43,936 nucleotides of DNA, filler included, from Catajapyx aquilonaris (GCA_000934665.2; 2 parts of 2 records of this genome joined end to end with filler, not necessarily neighbours in it); one strand, 5' to 3'; counted from the whole stretch's first letter, positions 23,022 to 34,639 are shown. Notes: generated by a model from the letters alone, not told the origin. Translations and numbers: made by a program.

Positions 23022-23380
23022 GGCCATTTCACAAAAAGATTTTGCGGCAGCGTCAAGCGGCAAACGCGTCGGAGTGCAGTTCACATAAATTTTTTGCCGC
23101 GCGTCGGAGTTTGTCGCGCGACAAATACGCCGCACTGCAAGAACTGGCCAGCCAGAATTTGTCGCTCGTTGAATATGGCGCAGCCAATAGGGAGTCGTGG
23201 TTGTCGGTCACGTGACTGCGTGTCTTTTGTTTCCCAGACTTGTCGCTAGTCGTCAGTCGTGTCGCAGCTCTTTTTGTGTTTGCACACGCGGCTAACCGAG
23301 GCGATGCGACAAATGCCCCGCGACAAATATGCCACAACGCGCGCCGTTTGCCGCGCGTTTTTTTTTTTTGTGAAATGGCC
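23022..23380. mobile_element. PIF/Harbinger (Tourist-like) MITE
   Basis: TAA-GGCCATTTCACAAAAA ... TTTTTGTGAAATGGCC-AAA with a GC-rich, internally repetitive body. Confidence 0.7.
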
Positions 23381-24228
23381 AAATACATTCCAGAGATTGG
23401 CGATTGGCCAAGCCACAATAACGCTCGTTGGCCTGCGACGCACAAAGATGGACAGTATTGTTGGGCGGATACACAACCCACAATAAGCGCTCAGAACGGT
23501 ATAGGCTCGCAACTAACTAAAATCATCGGGGAATGCGACGAACGGTGCCTGTCAGGGCCACAACATAAGACAGACCTGGTGCGGTCACCCCAAAGCCCCA
23601 CAGCCACAACGGCTCCATCCATCGCCCCATCACCTCCATAAAAGCAGTAACGATGAGAACTAGCTGTGGCTGTTTTAAAACGACCAGAACTAGGTCTGGT
23701 CGACCGTTTGCCTGGTTTGAGCCTAACAGCTATTATAGATAATTAATTTTTTGAATCACCTGTGGTAGTTACGGAAGACGATTATTCACCTATTGATAAC
23801 ACACGTCCAACGCGTGTTGATATTCTGTATAGGCGGCTTAAAATAGGCCCACATGGATAGGGTGCCATATCGGTAATGAGCCAATTGCAGCAGCGAACTG
23901 TCTTCATCATAAAAGGCAAGATAAAAGGTCAGTTTGAAAAAGATAGCAGGTAATTCTGGGAGCTTGTGATTGATAAAAGACCTTCCCTTTTGTGCTGTAG
24001 TAGTGTAGAGCAAACTATGTTGAGAAGTTCATGTGCCGATTACTATACCACACCTCTTCATTCTGACAACTGATTGCGATGTTTTTCTTCAGAACTCACC
24101 TTTCTTTACACAACACAATGATAAGTAGTCATGACCTGACCGATTATGCTTAGGACCATTGCAACTGAAAGAGTTATAATGGATGGGAGCACTTCTTTAT
24201 CTGCTCTCTTTTCCTACTCTATTAAATT

Positions 24229-27209
24229 ATGGAGTTATTAGCTCTTGTGGATATCCATTGTGGTCCGAATTCGTCCGAATTGGTCGTAGTACTGCTACTA
24301 TGGGGTAGGTTTACACGGGTTCTATTACAAGCTTCACAAGTACGGATTATGCGCAGTAATTATTAAGTACATACCATCTTAGTGATTTATCGTAAAATAA
24401 TTCCATACTGATATATTTTTAATTGCTTCCATTTCCAGCAGTAGCATGTGCAGGTCGTATCAACAACCACTGCTGGAAGCTGACTCCAGATCACAAGACC
24501 TCCTACCTTGCAGTGTCCAGACCCATGTCCTGGACTGAAGGAAATCAGTACTGCCGTGATGTTGGTGGAAATCTACTGGTCATTCAATCAGTGAAAGATC
24601 AGGTAACCCGATCACCAATTTTGTGATATAGCCCAGTAGGGCCTCATCACTTTTTCACCTTGATTTCATTTTTTATGCCATTGACTTTTACATTTTTAAA
24701 TTCTAATATTTTCCAATTTTGAGCTCAATAGTGAAACTATTCAAATGGGTGTGTGAACAATTAGGTGTTTCGTGTTCCATTCCCAGTGTGAATTAAAAAT
24801 TCATTTCATTCACGTGCTTCCTTTCGTTCGTTGGCAGTTATTCTACCAGAAAATCAACAATAATAATGAGATGTTCTGGATCGGATTGGAATATAATAAT
24901 ATCCACGAAAAATGGCAGTGGATAGATCACAGCGTCTTGGATGTCAGAATAACGTAAGTGTCCACTCTCTTAACAACATACATGTAACGTATCAGTTTTA
25001 TTAATTGGGTCTCTGCGACTTATTCTCATTTTGATATGGTTGCAAATGACAATTATTTCAAGCATATCATGGGGACCATGCTGAATTTTGAAGGGACATC
25101 ATGAACCAATGACATAAATATTAATCAAAAGTTACCTTTCAGGCCATGGGATCACTGGGAACCTGACACAGGTGATCCAGGACAAGGGTGCGTTGAATAC
25201 ATGCGAGGCACTGCTGACATAAACGATGTGCATTGTCGTCGAAAAAAATGCGGCATCTGTTACACAGGTGTTGTACTCAAATCCCTCGCCATATCCTATA
25301 CATGGTGTTCCAAGGGGAATATCTATAGTGGTTTCAAATTAAAATTCCTCCACATTTTCACAGGTTCAGAAGCCCTCACGCACCTTCCTGTGCCGTTCAA
25401 CTATTCCTCGTTGGATTTTGTCAGGGAATGGAAAACGTGGAAGTCAGCTTATCTGGAGTGCAGAAAGAGAGGATGGTCACTGGTCAAGCTACGTACATGG
25501 CGTGAAAGAGTGAGAGCATAGCAATTAGGCCATATTCATCTATTTGTGTTTCAACCATTGTTTCAACTTGCAGGCAGTTCTGAATTATTATATACTTCAT
25601 GATAAAAGTGGATGTAGGTCCTATTGGTTGGAAAGAGACAGAAAGGTTCTTTCCAAAATGAAATGGGCAAATCCTAATGTTCATTTGCTGTGAGTGATTT
25701 TGAAACCACATAGTCACAACTATGTGGTTTCAAAATCACCACAATGACTTAATAATTGCAGGGAATATTCGATACCGGAAATGCCAGAAAATGCCAATGA
25801 AAACTGTGCAGCAATGAGTAACGGATCGCTCTCAGATCTTCCATGTACCGAAAAGTTACCTGTGGTGTGCACAAAAGGTTCGATGGTTTATATCTGTATA
25901 GCTTTGCCACATAGTAGGCCTACTGTACATTACGATATGTTGAAGTAACATTTATTGTAACTCCCTTACAGCTCATAAGATAACTGAATACGATCAAGAC
26001 CCAAGGACTATCTTCATATGCTTCAATTATTCAACGCTTATGGAAGTGGTGATAGTCATGGTACACATTATGGAATATTTGTTCCTTTACAGGGACACGC
26101 CACTCAAAAAAACAAGTTTGGCTTTAAAAATCGGGCAAAAAATCCCGAATCCGACGGTGCAATTCGTTTTTCGCTACGCGGAACGGTAATCCCAGGGCGA
26201 GGTGTCAAAGTGTGTCGTCTGCTAATGAGCAGCGCCGCCACGCGGTGAAGAGGGGAACTGGAGGGCTGCACCGCTCTGGGATGGGCCTAAGCGCGCGGGC
26301 AGGCGGGAGCAGCCCTCCAGTTCCCAAGGTCCCGAGGGCGTCGCTGGCAGACGGCCAGCTTCTAGTACTATTTGAATTTCCCCACTTTGACCCCTCGCCC
26401 TGGGATTACCGTTCCGCGTAGCGAAAAACGGATTGCACCTTCGGATTCAGGATTTTTTGCCCGATATTTAGAGCCAATATAGCTGATTTATTGTGTATAT
26501 TCACAGAAAAAGCTAAGTCAGACTCAATTTTTGCAGGTTTTTGGAGTTTTTTGCATATTTTGTGGAGAACGATATCAACCAGTCAAAATGTTTCAAAGTG
26601 CAATCAATCACTGGAAAAATGGAAAGAAAGTTTGGAATGATTTTACCAATCAGAATTCAGAGAATAATTTTTCATATATGACTGACCAATTACAATCTGT
26701 CAGCTGCTATTCAGAGGAAACCGATAACTACACGTAAGTGGTGTACTCAGAGATAATAAGAAAGCATTAACATTTTCACATACATTAATGTTACATACAG
26801 AAAGTATACCGATGTGGAAACTGGCATTCCTAATAAGGAAGATTTTGGCCAAAAGATCACCCCTCCTGATGAGCAGGATAGCAATAATTGCAGCATGTGC
26901 GGAATAGGTAAGAATAATATGACTGTTTAACACCAGGAAGTCAATTATGGAAGAAGTATTGACATTTTGCACGAGTGTACTAAATATTGCTCTAAATAGT
27001 TTGCAGAATAATAAGCTGTGTAAACCATATCCATTTACAGGACTTGAATTTGAAGGGACATACGACGAGGAAATTTGCGAGTACATGGACTTATGGTAAG
27101 CTCTACACTTTAATGTGGTTATGGCTGGTATTAATATCTTGTTATACATTTCAGTAAAAAATGCAAAGAGGAGATGGAAATGAATGAAATCAATCTAGGT
27201 GGAAAGTAA
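24229..27209 (+). CDS. Type-I transmembrane receptor with two C-type lectin-like domains (12 exons, about 453 aa)
   Basis: Exons 24229-24304, 24439-24602, 24838-24953, 25143-25267, 25364-25509, 25574-25689, 25762-25877, 25972-26060, 26537-26733, 26801-26907, 27041-27095, 27155-27209; all GT-AG with matching phases. Motifs MSWTEGNQYC, FWIGL, WQWID, WEPD, INDVHC; second domain ENCAAM...DLPC...VVC; TM LMEVVIVMVFGVFCIFC; AATAAA at 27289. The first exon is the least certain. Confidence 0.82.
26090..26477. mobile_element. MITE in lectin intron 8
   Basis: About 93-bp inverted repeats (TTGGCTTTAAAAATCGGGCAAAAAATCC...GTCAAAGTG / CACTTTGAC...GGATTTTTTGCCCGATATTTAGAGCCAA). TA-CAGGG left end; the right terminus is missing. 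Confidence 0.75.
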
Positions 27210-28362
27210 TCAATGTTGGAATAATTCATATGGCCAATTTAATCATTGTAATATTATTATTAAATATTGTCATCTCACGTGTAAAAATAATAAAGTATAC
27301 TAACAGCTTTTAAACCAAACTCTGCGTTTGTTTTTCTATGAGAGTTTCTTCTGTCAGCTTGTCATGATGTTTTTTCAGGTGTGCATAAATCATCACTACG
27401 GAAACACTTTATATTTTGTTAGGCAAAAATTAACTTTAGGTTTGACTGGAAAAGGTGCTGGATACTTTTGATCTTTTGTGTGACACTTTTGTTTGACAAC
27501 CAACTCTGAAGGTCAGCTAACAATCCCCTTATAGTAACGTTGTCGGTGATTATTCTAGTTGACACGAGACCAAACAATTATGTGTTCCGATTCATCGTTC
27601 GATGAACTTCGCTCATTAGCCAAGTAGGCCTACAAATGCATATAACACCAATTTTTGTAAGTTGTATAATGACGCTAATTTTACAACAATCAGTCTTACA
27701 GAATCGCCACGTGTAATCGACAGCGATAAAGTTTCCGTCGGAGTGGATCATGCCATTGTTGAAGTCGCGATACCATCAGTCGGCTTGGTGCTTGTGGTAA
27801 GACACCCTATCATTTTGTGTGATTTATTCACTGTTATTGACGCTTCTAAACACAGGCGATAACGGCATTTGTGTGCTTTATACGCTGGAAATTCAACAGA
27901 TGGGATTGGTTTTCATCATGGGGTTTCTGCTCCAGGGAGACCAACCCTAGCACCACCCAATCAGGTCAGTTTTTGAACATGCGTTAGTGGGGACTACCAG
28001 CAGGTGGGGGTAGAGAGTAAGGATTTATTGTCTAATGAGGCTTCTCATGGGTAATAATATTATTATCGAAATTAATGATGTAATTTTTGCAAATTGTGCA
28101 TTTAAAACCTAATTATTTTATTCCTCCCCCAGAAGCATCCTTTTACGTACCTTGATGTGGTACCCCCGGCGATGATTGAGTACTCACCTGAAGTGATTCC
28201 AAATATACTCGGAAGTCACACATACTTAACACGCAGCTTGTGGACACTGCAGTAAGATCAGTAGTGTAGAAATTAAATGTTCATCACACACATTGTGCAT
28301 TATAATTTATTAACACTTGTAGACATACATTTCTTATGATTAAGGTATTGCACACAAAGCAT

Positions 28363-30057
28363 TTATTTCAAGAACATAGTTTTTTCGCGTTTTTGGTACC
28401 GCATGCGTAGTGAATAGTCAGACCGAGATGTCCATATCTCGAGCAGGAACACTACCAGAGCCAGGGAGAAGCCCACTTCCAGCGAATAGAAAAACCTGAC
28501 CATCAACCAGCTCTGCTGCCATCTGTCTTTCTCTGCGTCTCCATCCTCTACTTTCCGAATCTCCTTCTGAACAGATATCAGATTGTCATCCAAGTTCGAC
28601 AGATGAAAGGAAATACCAGCCTGCACGTACAACCCTACCTTGCGTCGTACCGTATCACAGTAGAAACAGGCTTTGTCAGTGGCAACCACTATAGTCAGGG
28701 TCGGAAAGTCTGTCCGGATCACCTTCACATTCTGTGCGTCGCCCATCCTCAACTTGGCGTGCTCCTTCAGCACAAACTCGTTGGTGAAGAAGGCGTACCG
28801 CTCCGTTAGAACCTTTCGAATGAGGAGGTCAGTGTCTACGATGCTCTGCATTCTGGACATGGTCAGGTTGTGCAGAGTGGACACTGGGTTTAGGAACGCC
28901 TCGGGATAATATTTTAGAGGCCAGTCGGTGGCTAGGGTGTACTGCTCCTTGCTGTAGACAAGGTCTTCTAAGGAGTTGATTGAAGACTGGGATGGGATAA
29001 CGGTGTATGAGGTGAGGATGGAGGTGTACATGGTGCCGATGACTAGGCAGAGGAGAAGCCAGAAGCACATGAACCACATCATGTAGGGCTTCTTGTGGGG
29101 AAGGGTGACACTCTGGCAAAGGTACGGAGGAAATATCAAGGTCCAGAAGAGCTTGGACAGTGATGATTTGTCAATGACGCTGATGATGACGGTCACCAGG
29201 AGAGTGCAGCCGATGATGCAGCCCCAGGAGGCGAGGGTGAAAGGCTTCCAGATGTCTGACCACTGAAGACTTGGAGGGACCACAACAGCAAAGCCAATGG
29301 CGTCTTCTTTGTAAGGTATTGCTTCGTAGTAGGCGGAGGTACTGGCAAACGGAATTGAATTTTCCTGTAAATGCACCCCATAGGCTTGACCCCATGGTAC
29401 TTCCAACACGGTGAAATTAAGGTATCGACCCAGGGTCCAACTCATGGGCGAGACGTCGATAATTTGTACTATACGCCCCTGGAAGTTTGTGGTCCAATCG
29501 GGAAACATAACGCTGTCATTATCACTCAGAGGGACTATCTTCGGGTCACCATTGTCACAAAAATGACACCAACTGTATCTTAGATTGTCACCGACACCTA
29601 GTTTGTACTTGAGACGCACAGTGGAGTCGTGGGTCATGAGGTCACGGACATTATCTTCGTCACCTGCCAGAATCACATAGTCCTGATGATTGATCCTGCC
29701 TTTAAGCTGAATGGTTCTGTCCATCACTAAGGGTAACTGCTCCAGACCAGATTGGATCACATTTACGTAACACTGAGCAGTTCTTTGGTAAACGTAGTTA
29801 AAGTACGTGTAGTTCAAATCAGGTGGACAGTCTCCAATATTTACCAGCATCCATGGTACAACCCGGTGTTGAAGCAGCACTGACACATCGACTCGTGTGT
29901 CACTTGCAAATGCCAATGTGCACTGGGATGTCTGATCGCTGTTCAAAATGGTGTGAATGTGCCGCAACCGTAAGTCAGGCTGAATGTCCACTACCGATAC
30001 CGGTACGTTTTGCACAGAAGTGATTGCCAGAAGTAGGAGAACCACAATGAGCTCCAT
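28363..30057 (-). CDS. Divergent ionotropic receptor (IR, iGluR-related), intronless, about 564 aa
   Basis: Likely start MELIVVLLLLAITS (signal peptide) at 30057. iGluR/IR topology: FPDWTTNF-GR, pre-M1 KPFTLASW, M3-like MYTSILTSYT, INSLEDL, and a terminal TM. Confidence 0.85.
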   Translation of the reverse strand: MELIVVLLLLAITSVQNVPVSVVDIQPDLRLRHIHTILNSDQTSQCTLAFASDTRVDVSVLLQHRVVPWMLVNIGDCPPDLNYTYFNYVYQRTAQCYVNVIQSGLEQLPLVMDRTIQLKGRINHQDYVILAGDEDNVRDLMTHDSTVRLKYKLGVGDNLRYSWCHFCDNGDPKIVPLSDNDSVMFPDWTTNFQGRIVQIIDVSPMSWTLGRYLNFTVLEVPWGQAYGVHLQENSIPFASTSAYYEAIPYKEDAIGFAVVVPPSLQWSDIWKPFTLASWGCIIGCTLLVTVIISVIDKSSLSKLFWTLIFPPYLCQSVTLPHKKPYMMWFMCFWLLLCLVIGTMYTSILTSYTVIPSQSSINSLEDLVYSKEQYTLATDWPLKYYPEAFLNPVSTLHNLTMSRMQSIVDTDLLIRKVLTERYAFFTNEFVLKEHAKLRMGDAQNVKVIRTDFPTLTIVVATDKACFYCDTVRRKVGLYVQAGISFHLSNLDDNLISVQKEIRKVEDGDAEKDRWQQSWLMVRFFYSLEVGFSLALVVFLLEIWTSRSDYSLRMRYQKREKTMFLK

Positions 30058-30754
30058 GATCTCGACCACTGGTGTCCACTGACTCCTAGACAGGCCCAAA
30101 TGGTCAATGACAACTTGAGCGACAAACGACCTTTCTAAGAAACCTGACTGCAGGCACTTTGAATAATTATGATGGGTGTACACTTATGGAGATGAGTATA
30201 ACACGACACCTTGACAGGACTGGCTGCTTATTTGCACGTAGTCACAACAGGTTATTCTGGAAATGCTTTTGCCCACGCAAAGGTGAGCACGCGAAGTTTT
30301 TTTCTGGCAGAATACACAATATACACTAATGTCATAAGTACATACAAGTATAGGCCAGCTTTTATGGGGGACGGTATTTGAAAGCTGAATTCTGGTTGAG
30401 TTGTTGACTTTGAATGAGGTCCGAATGACCTAGCGTCAATCACACCGTAACAAATAGTGAAGTGACATAAAGACATCTCTTTACAACGAGATTTGGAAAA
30501 TGCCGCAGACGACTTCAGGAGAAGGAGTCAAACAGATGAAGGCGTCTGGAGCCAAAAAAGTCACTCGAACAAGCTCATTAGAGGTGGAAATTTTTTATAA
30601 AATTTATTAAAATCATCTAAATGAAATCATTGGCCACGATCTTGTGGCTTTCTTGTACGTAGAAGTCATCATTTGCACCCCAAATATAATACAACATACT
30701 GATATTAATATACTGTAAGTACCGGTAAGTACTGTACATAATTTTTTAAAAATT

Positions 30755-32440
30755 TTACATATGGAATTTACGAAAGTAATTATCTTTTTTATGCCCTATA
30801 TTTACATGACAATGGAGTCGAGCAGTAACAATTTCAAGCATAAACACAATAAGAGCAAGGGTGTAACCAACTTTGAGTGAAGACAAGAAGGAAAGAAGAA
30901 TCCAAATTTGCTGCCACCTGTCGTCCTCTGGAGGGTCGTCATCGTCCATCATCTCTTTGTGTATGTTCTGGTAGTCCTCATCCAATCCTCCGAAGTGCTT
31001 TCCTGCCCCTGATTGCAGATACAGCGCCACACCTCGACGGACAGACTCGAAGAAGTACCATCCTTTGCCCATAGCCACCACTATAATCAGGGCCGGAAAG
31101 TCAGTGCCTATCATCCTCACATTCTCTGCGTCACCCATCTCGAATTTGACTATGTCAGTGAGCCTGTCTTCGTCTGTGAAGAAGGCGAACCTCTCCTTCA
31201 GCACTCTATGGATGCATAGTTTGGTGTCATTCACACTCTCCATACCATCCACAGCAAGCTTCTGCAAGTGTGACTGGGCCATGGTGAACGAATCTGGGAA
31301 GTCCTCAGGAGGCCAATCGGTGCCCCATTTGTATTTGCCATTGCTGTGGACTAGGTCCTCCAGTTGGTCCATGGCTTCCTGCGATGGGGTCACCATGAAG
31401 GAGGTAAGCTTGGAGCTGTACATGACCCCTACCACAAGACAGAGGAGCCACCAGAAGCAGATGAACCACATCAGAAAGGGTTTCTTGTTAGGGCTTCTGA
31501 TTGGCTGGTAGAAAAATGGCGGAAGGATTAACCGACAGCAGAGCTGTGATGGCGATGTCTTTTCTAACGCGCCAATCAGGAGCGTGACTAGCAGGATGCA
31601 GCCAATCAGGAACAGCCACGTTTCGACTCTAAACGGTGTTTGGAGGTTGGACCACTTCATGACTGGCGATGCGACTATTGCGAACGCGATTCCGTCCATG
31701 TTGTACGTTATAAAATCATAGTAACTGACCGCATCAACAGACATCATCGTGTTCATCTGCATAAAAATTTGCGAAGATTCGTTACTAACAGTGAAATTCA
31801 AATACTGTGCAATGAATTCAGCAATGTGCACATCTGGAGCGTATATTTCCACCTTTCTTCCGTTAAAATTGGTTGTCCAATCAGGAAATAGGATTGGGCT
31901 TGTGAGGTCAGTGTCAATCAGTTGAGGATGACCGTTGTCGCAAAAGTGACACCAGTTGTAAGCCTGTTGGTCACTCACACCGATCTTGTACTTGGCCCGT
32001 TTTGTGGCATTGTGTACCATCAAGTCACTTAGAGATTCTTCATCACTACTCACAAGAACCACAAAGTTCTGGTGACCTCTCCTGCATTGTACTTGTCCTG
32101 TTGCGTTTATCACTTCTGGTAAATCGTCTAACACTGATTGAATCAGATTCACATAGCACTGGGCACTATTTTGGGGCACAAAAGCTGAGCAGGATTGGTT
32201 CAACTCCACAGGATTGTTTAAGAGAGTTGCTACCATCCATGGTGAATAATTCTGTTCTTGAAGTAGCGATGTCACACTCGAGTTTTGGTGAGAAACTGAC
32301 AGAGTTAATGTGCACTGCCTCGTTTGGTTGTGATTGAGGATGCTGCGAATCAGGCCGAAACTAGCACCATCTTTATGTGAAATATTGAGGTTTGCTGCAC
32401 ACGTTATTGTCAGGAGCAATGAGAGAACTATCTGCTTCAT
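30755..32440 (-). CDS. Divergent ionotropic receptor (IR), intronless, 561 aa
   Basis: Signal peptide, WCHFCDNG, FPDWTTNFNGR, TPFRVETW, MYSSKLTSFM, DQLEDL. Clear paralogue of the adjacent gene. Confidence 0.87.
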   Translation of the reverse strand: MKQIVLSLLLTITCAANLNISHKDGASFGLIRSILNHNQTRQCTLTLSVSHQNSSVTSLLQEQNYSPWMVATLLNNPVELNQSCSAFVPQNSAQCYVNLIQSVLDDLPEVINATGQVQCRRGHQNFVVLVSSDEESLSDLMVHNATKRAKYKIGVSDQQAYNWCHFCDNGHPQLIDTDLTSPILFPDWTTNFNGRKVEIYAPDVHIAEFIAQYLNFTVSNESSQIFMQMNTMMSVDAVSYYDFITYNMDGIAFAIVASPVMKWSNLQTPFRVETWLFLIGCILLVTLLIGALEKTSPSQLCCRLILPPFFYQPIRSPNKKPFLMWFICFWWLLCLVVGVMYSSKLTSFMVTPSQEAMDQLEDLVHSNGKYKWGTDWPPEDFPDSFTMAQSHLQKLAVDGMESVNDTKLCIHRVLKERFAFFTDEDRLTDIVKFEMGDAENVRMIGTDFPALIIVVAMGKGWYFFESVRRGVALYLQSGAGKHFGGLDEDYQNIHKEMMDDDDPPEDDRWQQIWILLSFLSSLKVGYTLALIVFMLEIVTARLHCHVNIGHKKDNYFRKFHM

Positions 32441-32986
32441 TGTTGATCATCTGAGCTATTGAGCATATGGATTCAGGTGAAGACGCACCTGTTCAAATGC
32501 TATTGATTTATTTCGACCATATTTCTGAGAAAGGTGACAAGAAGGAAGAAAACATTTTTTTTTCTAGTGATGATGATGATGGATGTGATATATATTGATG
32601 ATCTTAAGAGCTTCATGTTGGAAGAAATGCCAATGCACATCTCCAGATGGCCTGATTGTCGATATTGGAAATGACAGAAAGGTTCAGAAAAAATGCAGTT
32701 GGGACAATATTTAATAATGTTTATTATAAAACGGGAACAATCTGGCATAATTATAATGAAAGTTCACAATGAATGAAGGTGTAATTAATTATAGTCCCAC
32801 ACTGTCATTATCTTCGTGACTTGTCTCTACTCGTGTCCTACTGTGAATAATGAACAGATCTTGGCGTCACGCACTGTTGAGCACACCAAACGGTGATCTG
32901 TAATCATGCGTTACTACTGTCATCTGCATTGTCGATACCCTACTTTGAGCATGAGTTATGAATAGCCTAATTCAAAAAAATAGTAT

Positions 32987-34639
32987 TCAAATAACTTTGA
33001 GCCGCCTGTGACCATACATATTCGTAAAATATTCTACTAAAAATACCAAAACTGCAATAGTGTAACACCCGAGCAATAATGTAAAACAGGATTTGACAGA
33101 CTCAAATTTGACAACATCCTGTGGCGTCTCACTGTCTGTTTGTAATAGTGCCTTTTTCTGGGCCAGCATCTCAGCTTTGTCAAAACCCGCCTTGAAGTTA
33201 TGGGCGAGAACCCACGATTGAATCATTCTCAACACAATCCTATCTAAAATTTGATTTGAATGGAAGTACAATTGTGTGTACATCACCGGTACTACATGTG
33301 GAAAATCGGTGATCAAAACCTCTGATTTGATCCCCTTACTTGTTAGTTTCGCAAGACGAAAGTATTCCAACTGCATCCTGGTACCGAAGCATGCAAATTT
33401 TATCTGTTCCACACGATCAATGCACTTATGCAAACTTAAGTACTCCATGTTTGTACCTATTTTGTTGTGAAGTGGTGATTCAGATCCGATCAAAAATTTT
33501 GGTCTGTCAGATTCGTCCCAGACACATCCCCATGAATAATCACTATTGGCTAAACTATCTAATGAGTTTGGATACTCAACAGGAGGTGATACTAGTAGTG
33601 CTGTTAGTTTTGCTCCGTACATTACACTTGCAATGAAGGTATATGTGCACCAGAAAACGTAGAAAGATCGAAGCAGAAAATGGTCAGGTAAGGTGATACC
33701 TTGGTTCAAATAGGGTGGTATTATTTGGGTACATACAATATCAGTTATGCGAACACTTGACACCAAATGTAGTGCGATAGATATTGCGAAGGATGTGCAC
33801 AACACAAATATCCAGGTGGAGATATCAAAAGGATTTAGGATTGTGCTTAATGAGAATTGGGGTAAAGGAACTTGTACAATGAAGCAGATTTCGTCTGACC
33901 AATATGGCGGAGTCATGTGGACTTTCCCGAACAAATTCAATTCAGGGATGGACTGTGGAACTATGAAAATAGTTCCGTTGGTCATCTGTTTAGTTCGGTT
34001 AGGAACAAAGTTCATGTATTTCTTAAACAAGGTCAGCATACCTCCGAGGTCGTTCATCGACAGCACTTGTGTGTTGTTCATGTTCGAAGCCCAGTTTGGG
34101 AACAATGGTGCGTCATCAGGGAGCAACAATGCCTGAGGAAGGCCACCGTTGCAATAATGGCACCATGTAAACACATTCATACCTTCAACACCAGCTTTGT
34201 ACTTCATCTTCCTGGTCGCATCGTGTTCCAGAAACTGTACAACCGGCTTGTCCCTGGTGGTAAACATGTAATAGTCATATTGCATGAACCAGCTTCGAAT
34301 CTGCTTGATTTGAAACATGATTTCAGGCAGGGATGCCAACCGGGAGTGTACCAGAGTAACGTAGCACTGAGCACTGAAACGAGGAACAAAGGGATATCTG
34401 TTGGCAGACATGTTTGATTCCAACTGTTGCACGTTGACTGTCACCAGAGGCCGGTACTTGCCCACTCGCACTTCATTCTGTGAGTCTGTGAAATAAATCA
34501 CTGCACATTGTTGCACCTGCGAATTGTTGAGTAACAAGACGGCATCAGGAAACTGCAGCACTTTAGAGTTCACAGTGATGTAACTGTTTACACCTGCGAT
34601 GAAAACTATTATCGGAAGGATGAGTCGATTAACAGCCAT
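32987..34639 (-). CDS. Divergent ionotropic receptor (IR), intronless, 550 aa
   Basis: Signal peptide, WCHYCNGG, FPNWASNMN, NPFDISTW, MYGAKLTALL, PNSLDSL and a terminal TM. The most diverged of the three. Confidence 0.85.
   Translation of the reverse strand: MAVNRLILPIIVFIAGVNSYITVNSKVLQFPDAVLLLNNSQVQQCAVIYFTDSQNEVRVGKYRPLVTVNVQQLESNMSANRYPFVPRFSAQCYVTLVHSRLASLPEIMFQIKQIRSWFMQYDYYMFTTRDKPVVQFLEHDATRKMKYKAGVEGMNVFTWCHYCNGGLPQALLLPDDAPLFPNWASNMNNTQVLSMNDLGGMLTLFKKYMNFVPNRTKQMTNGTIFIVPQSIPELNLFGKVHMTPPYWSDEICFIVQVPLPQFSLSTILNPFDISTWIFVLCTSFAISIALHLVSSVRITDIVCTQIIPPYLNQGITLPDHFLLRSFYVFWCTYTFIASVMYGAKLTALLVSPPVEYPNSLDSLANSDYSWGCVWDESDRPKFLIGSESPLHNKIGTNMEYLSLHKCIDRVEQIKFACFGTRMQLEYFRLAKLTSKGIKSEVLITDFPHVVPVMYTQLYFHSNQILDRIVLRMIQSWVLAHNFKAGFDKAEMLAQKKALLQTDSETPQDVVKFESVKSCFTLLLGCYTIAVLVFLVEYFTNMYGHRRLKVI

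Noticed and set aside
27695..27860. Possible minus-strand exon ending at a GTAAGA donor
   Set aside because: Candidate frames contain stops and no partner exons were found.
30058..30183. N-terminal 42 aa of the 606-aa ORF
   Set aside because: Begins at a non-ATG codon. The signal peptide and alignment with the paralogues point to the ATG at 30057.
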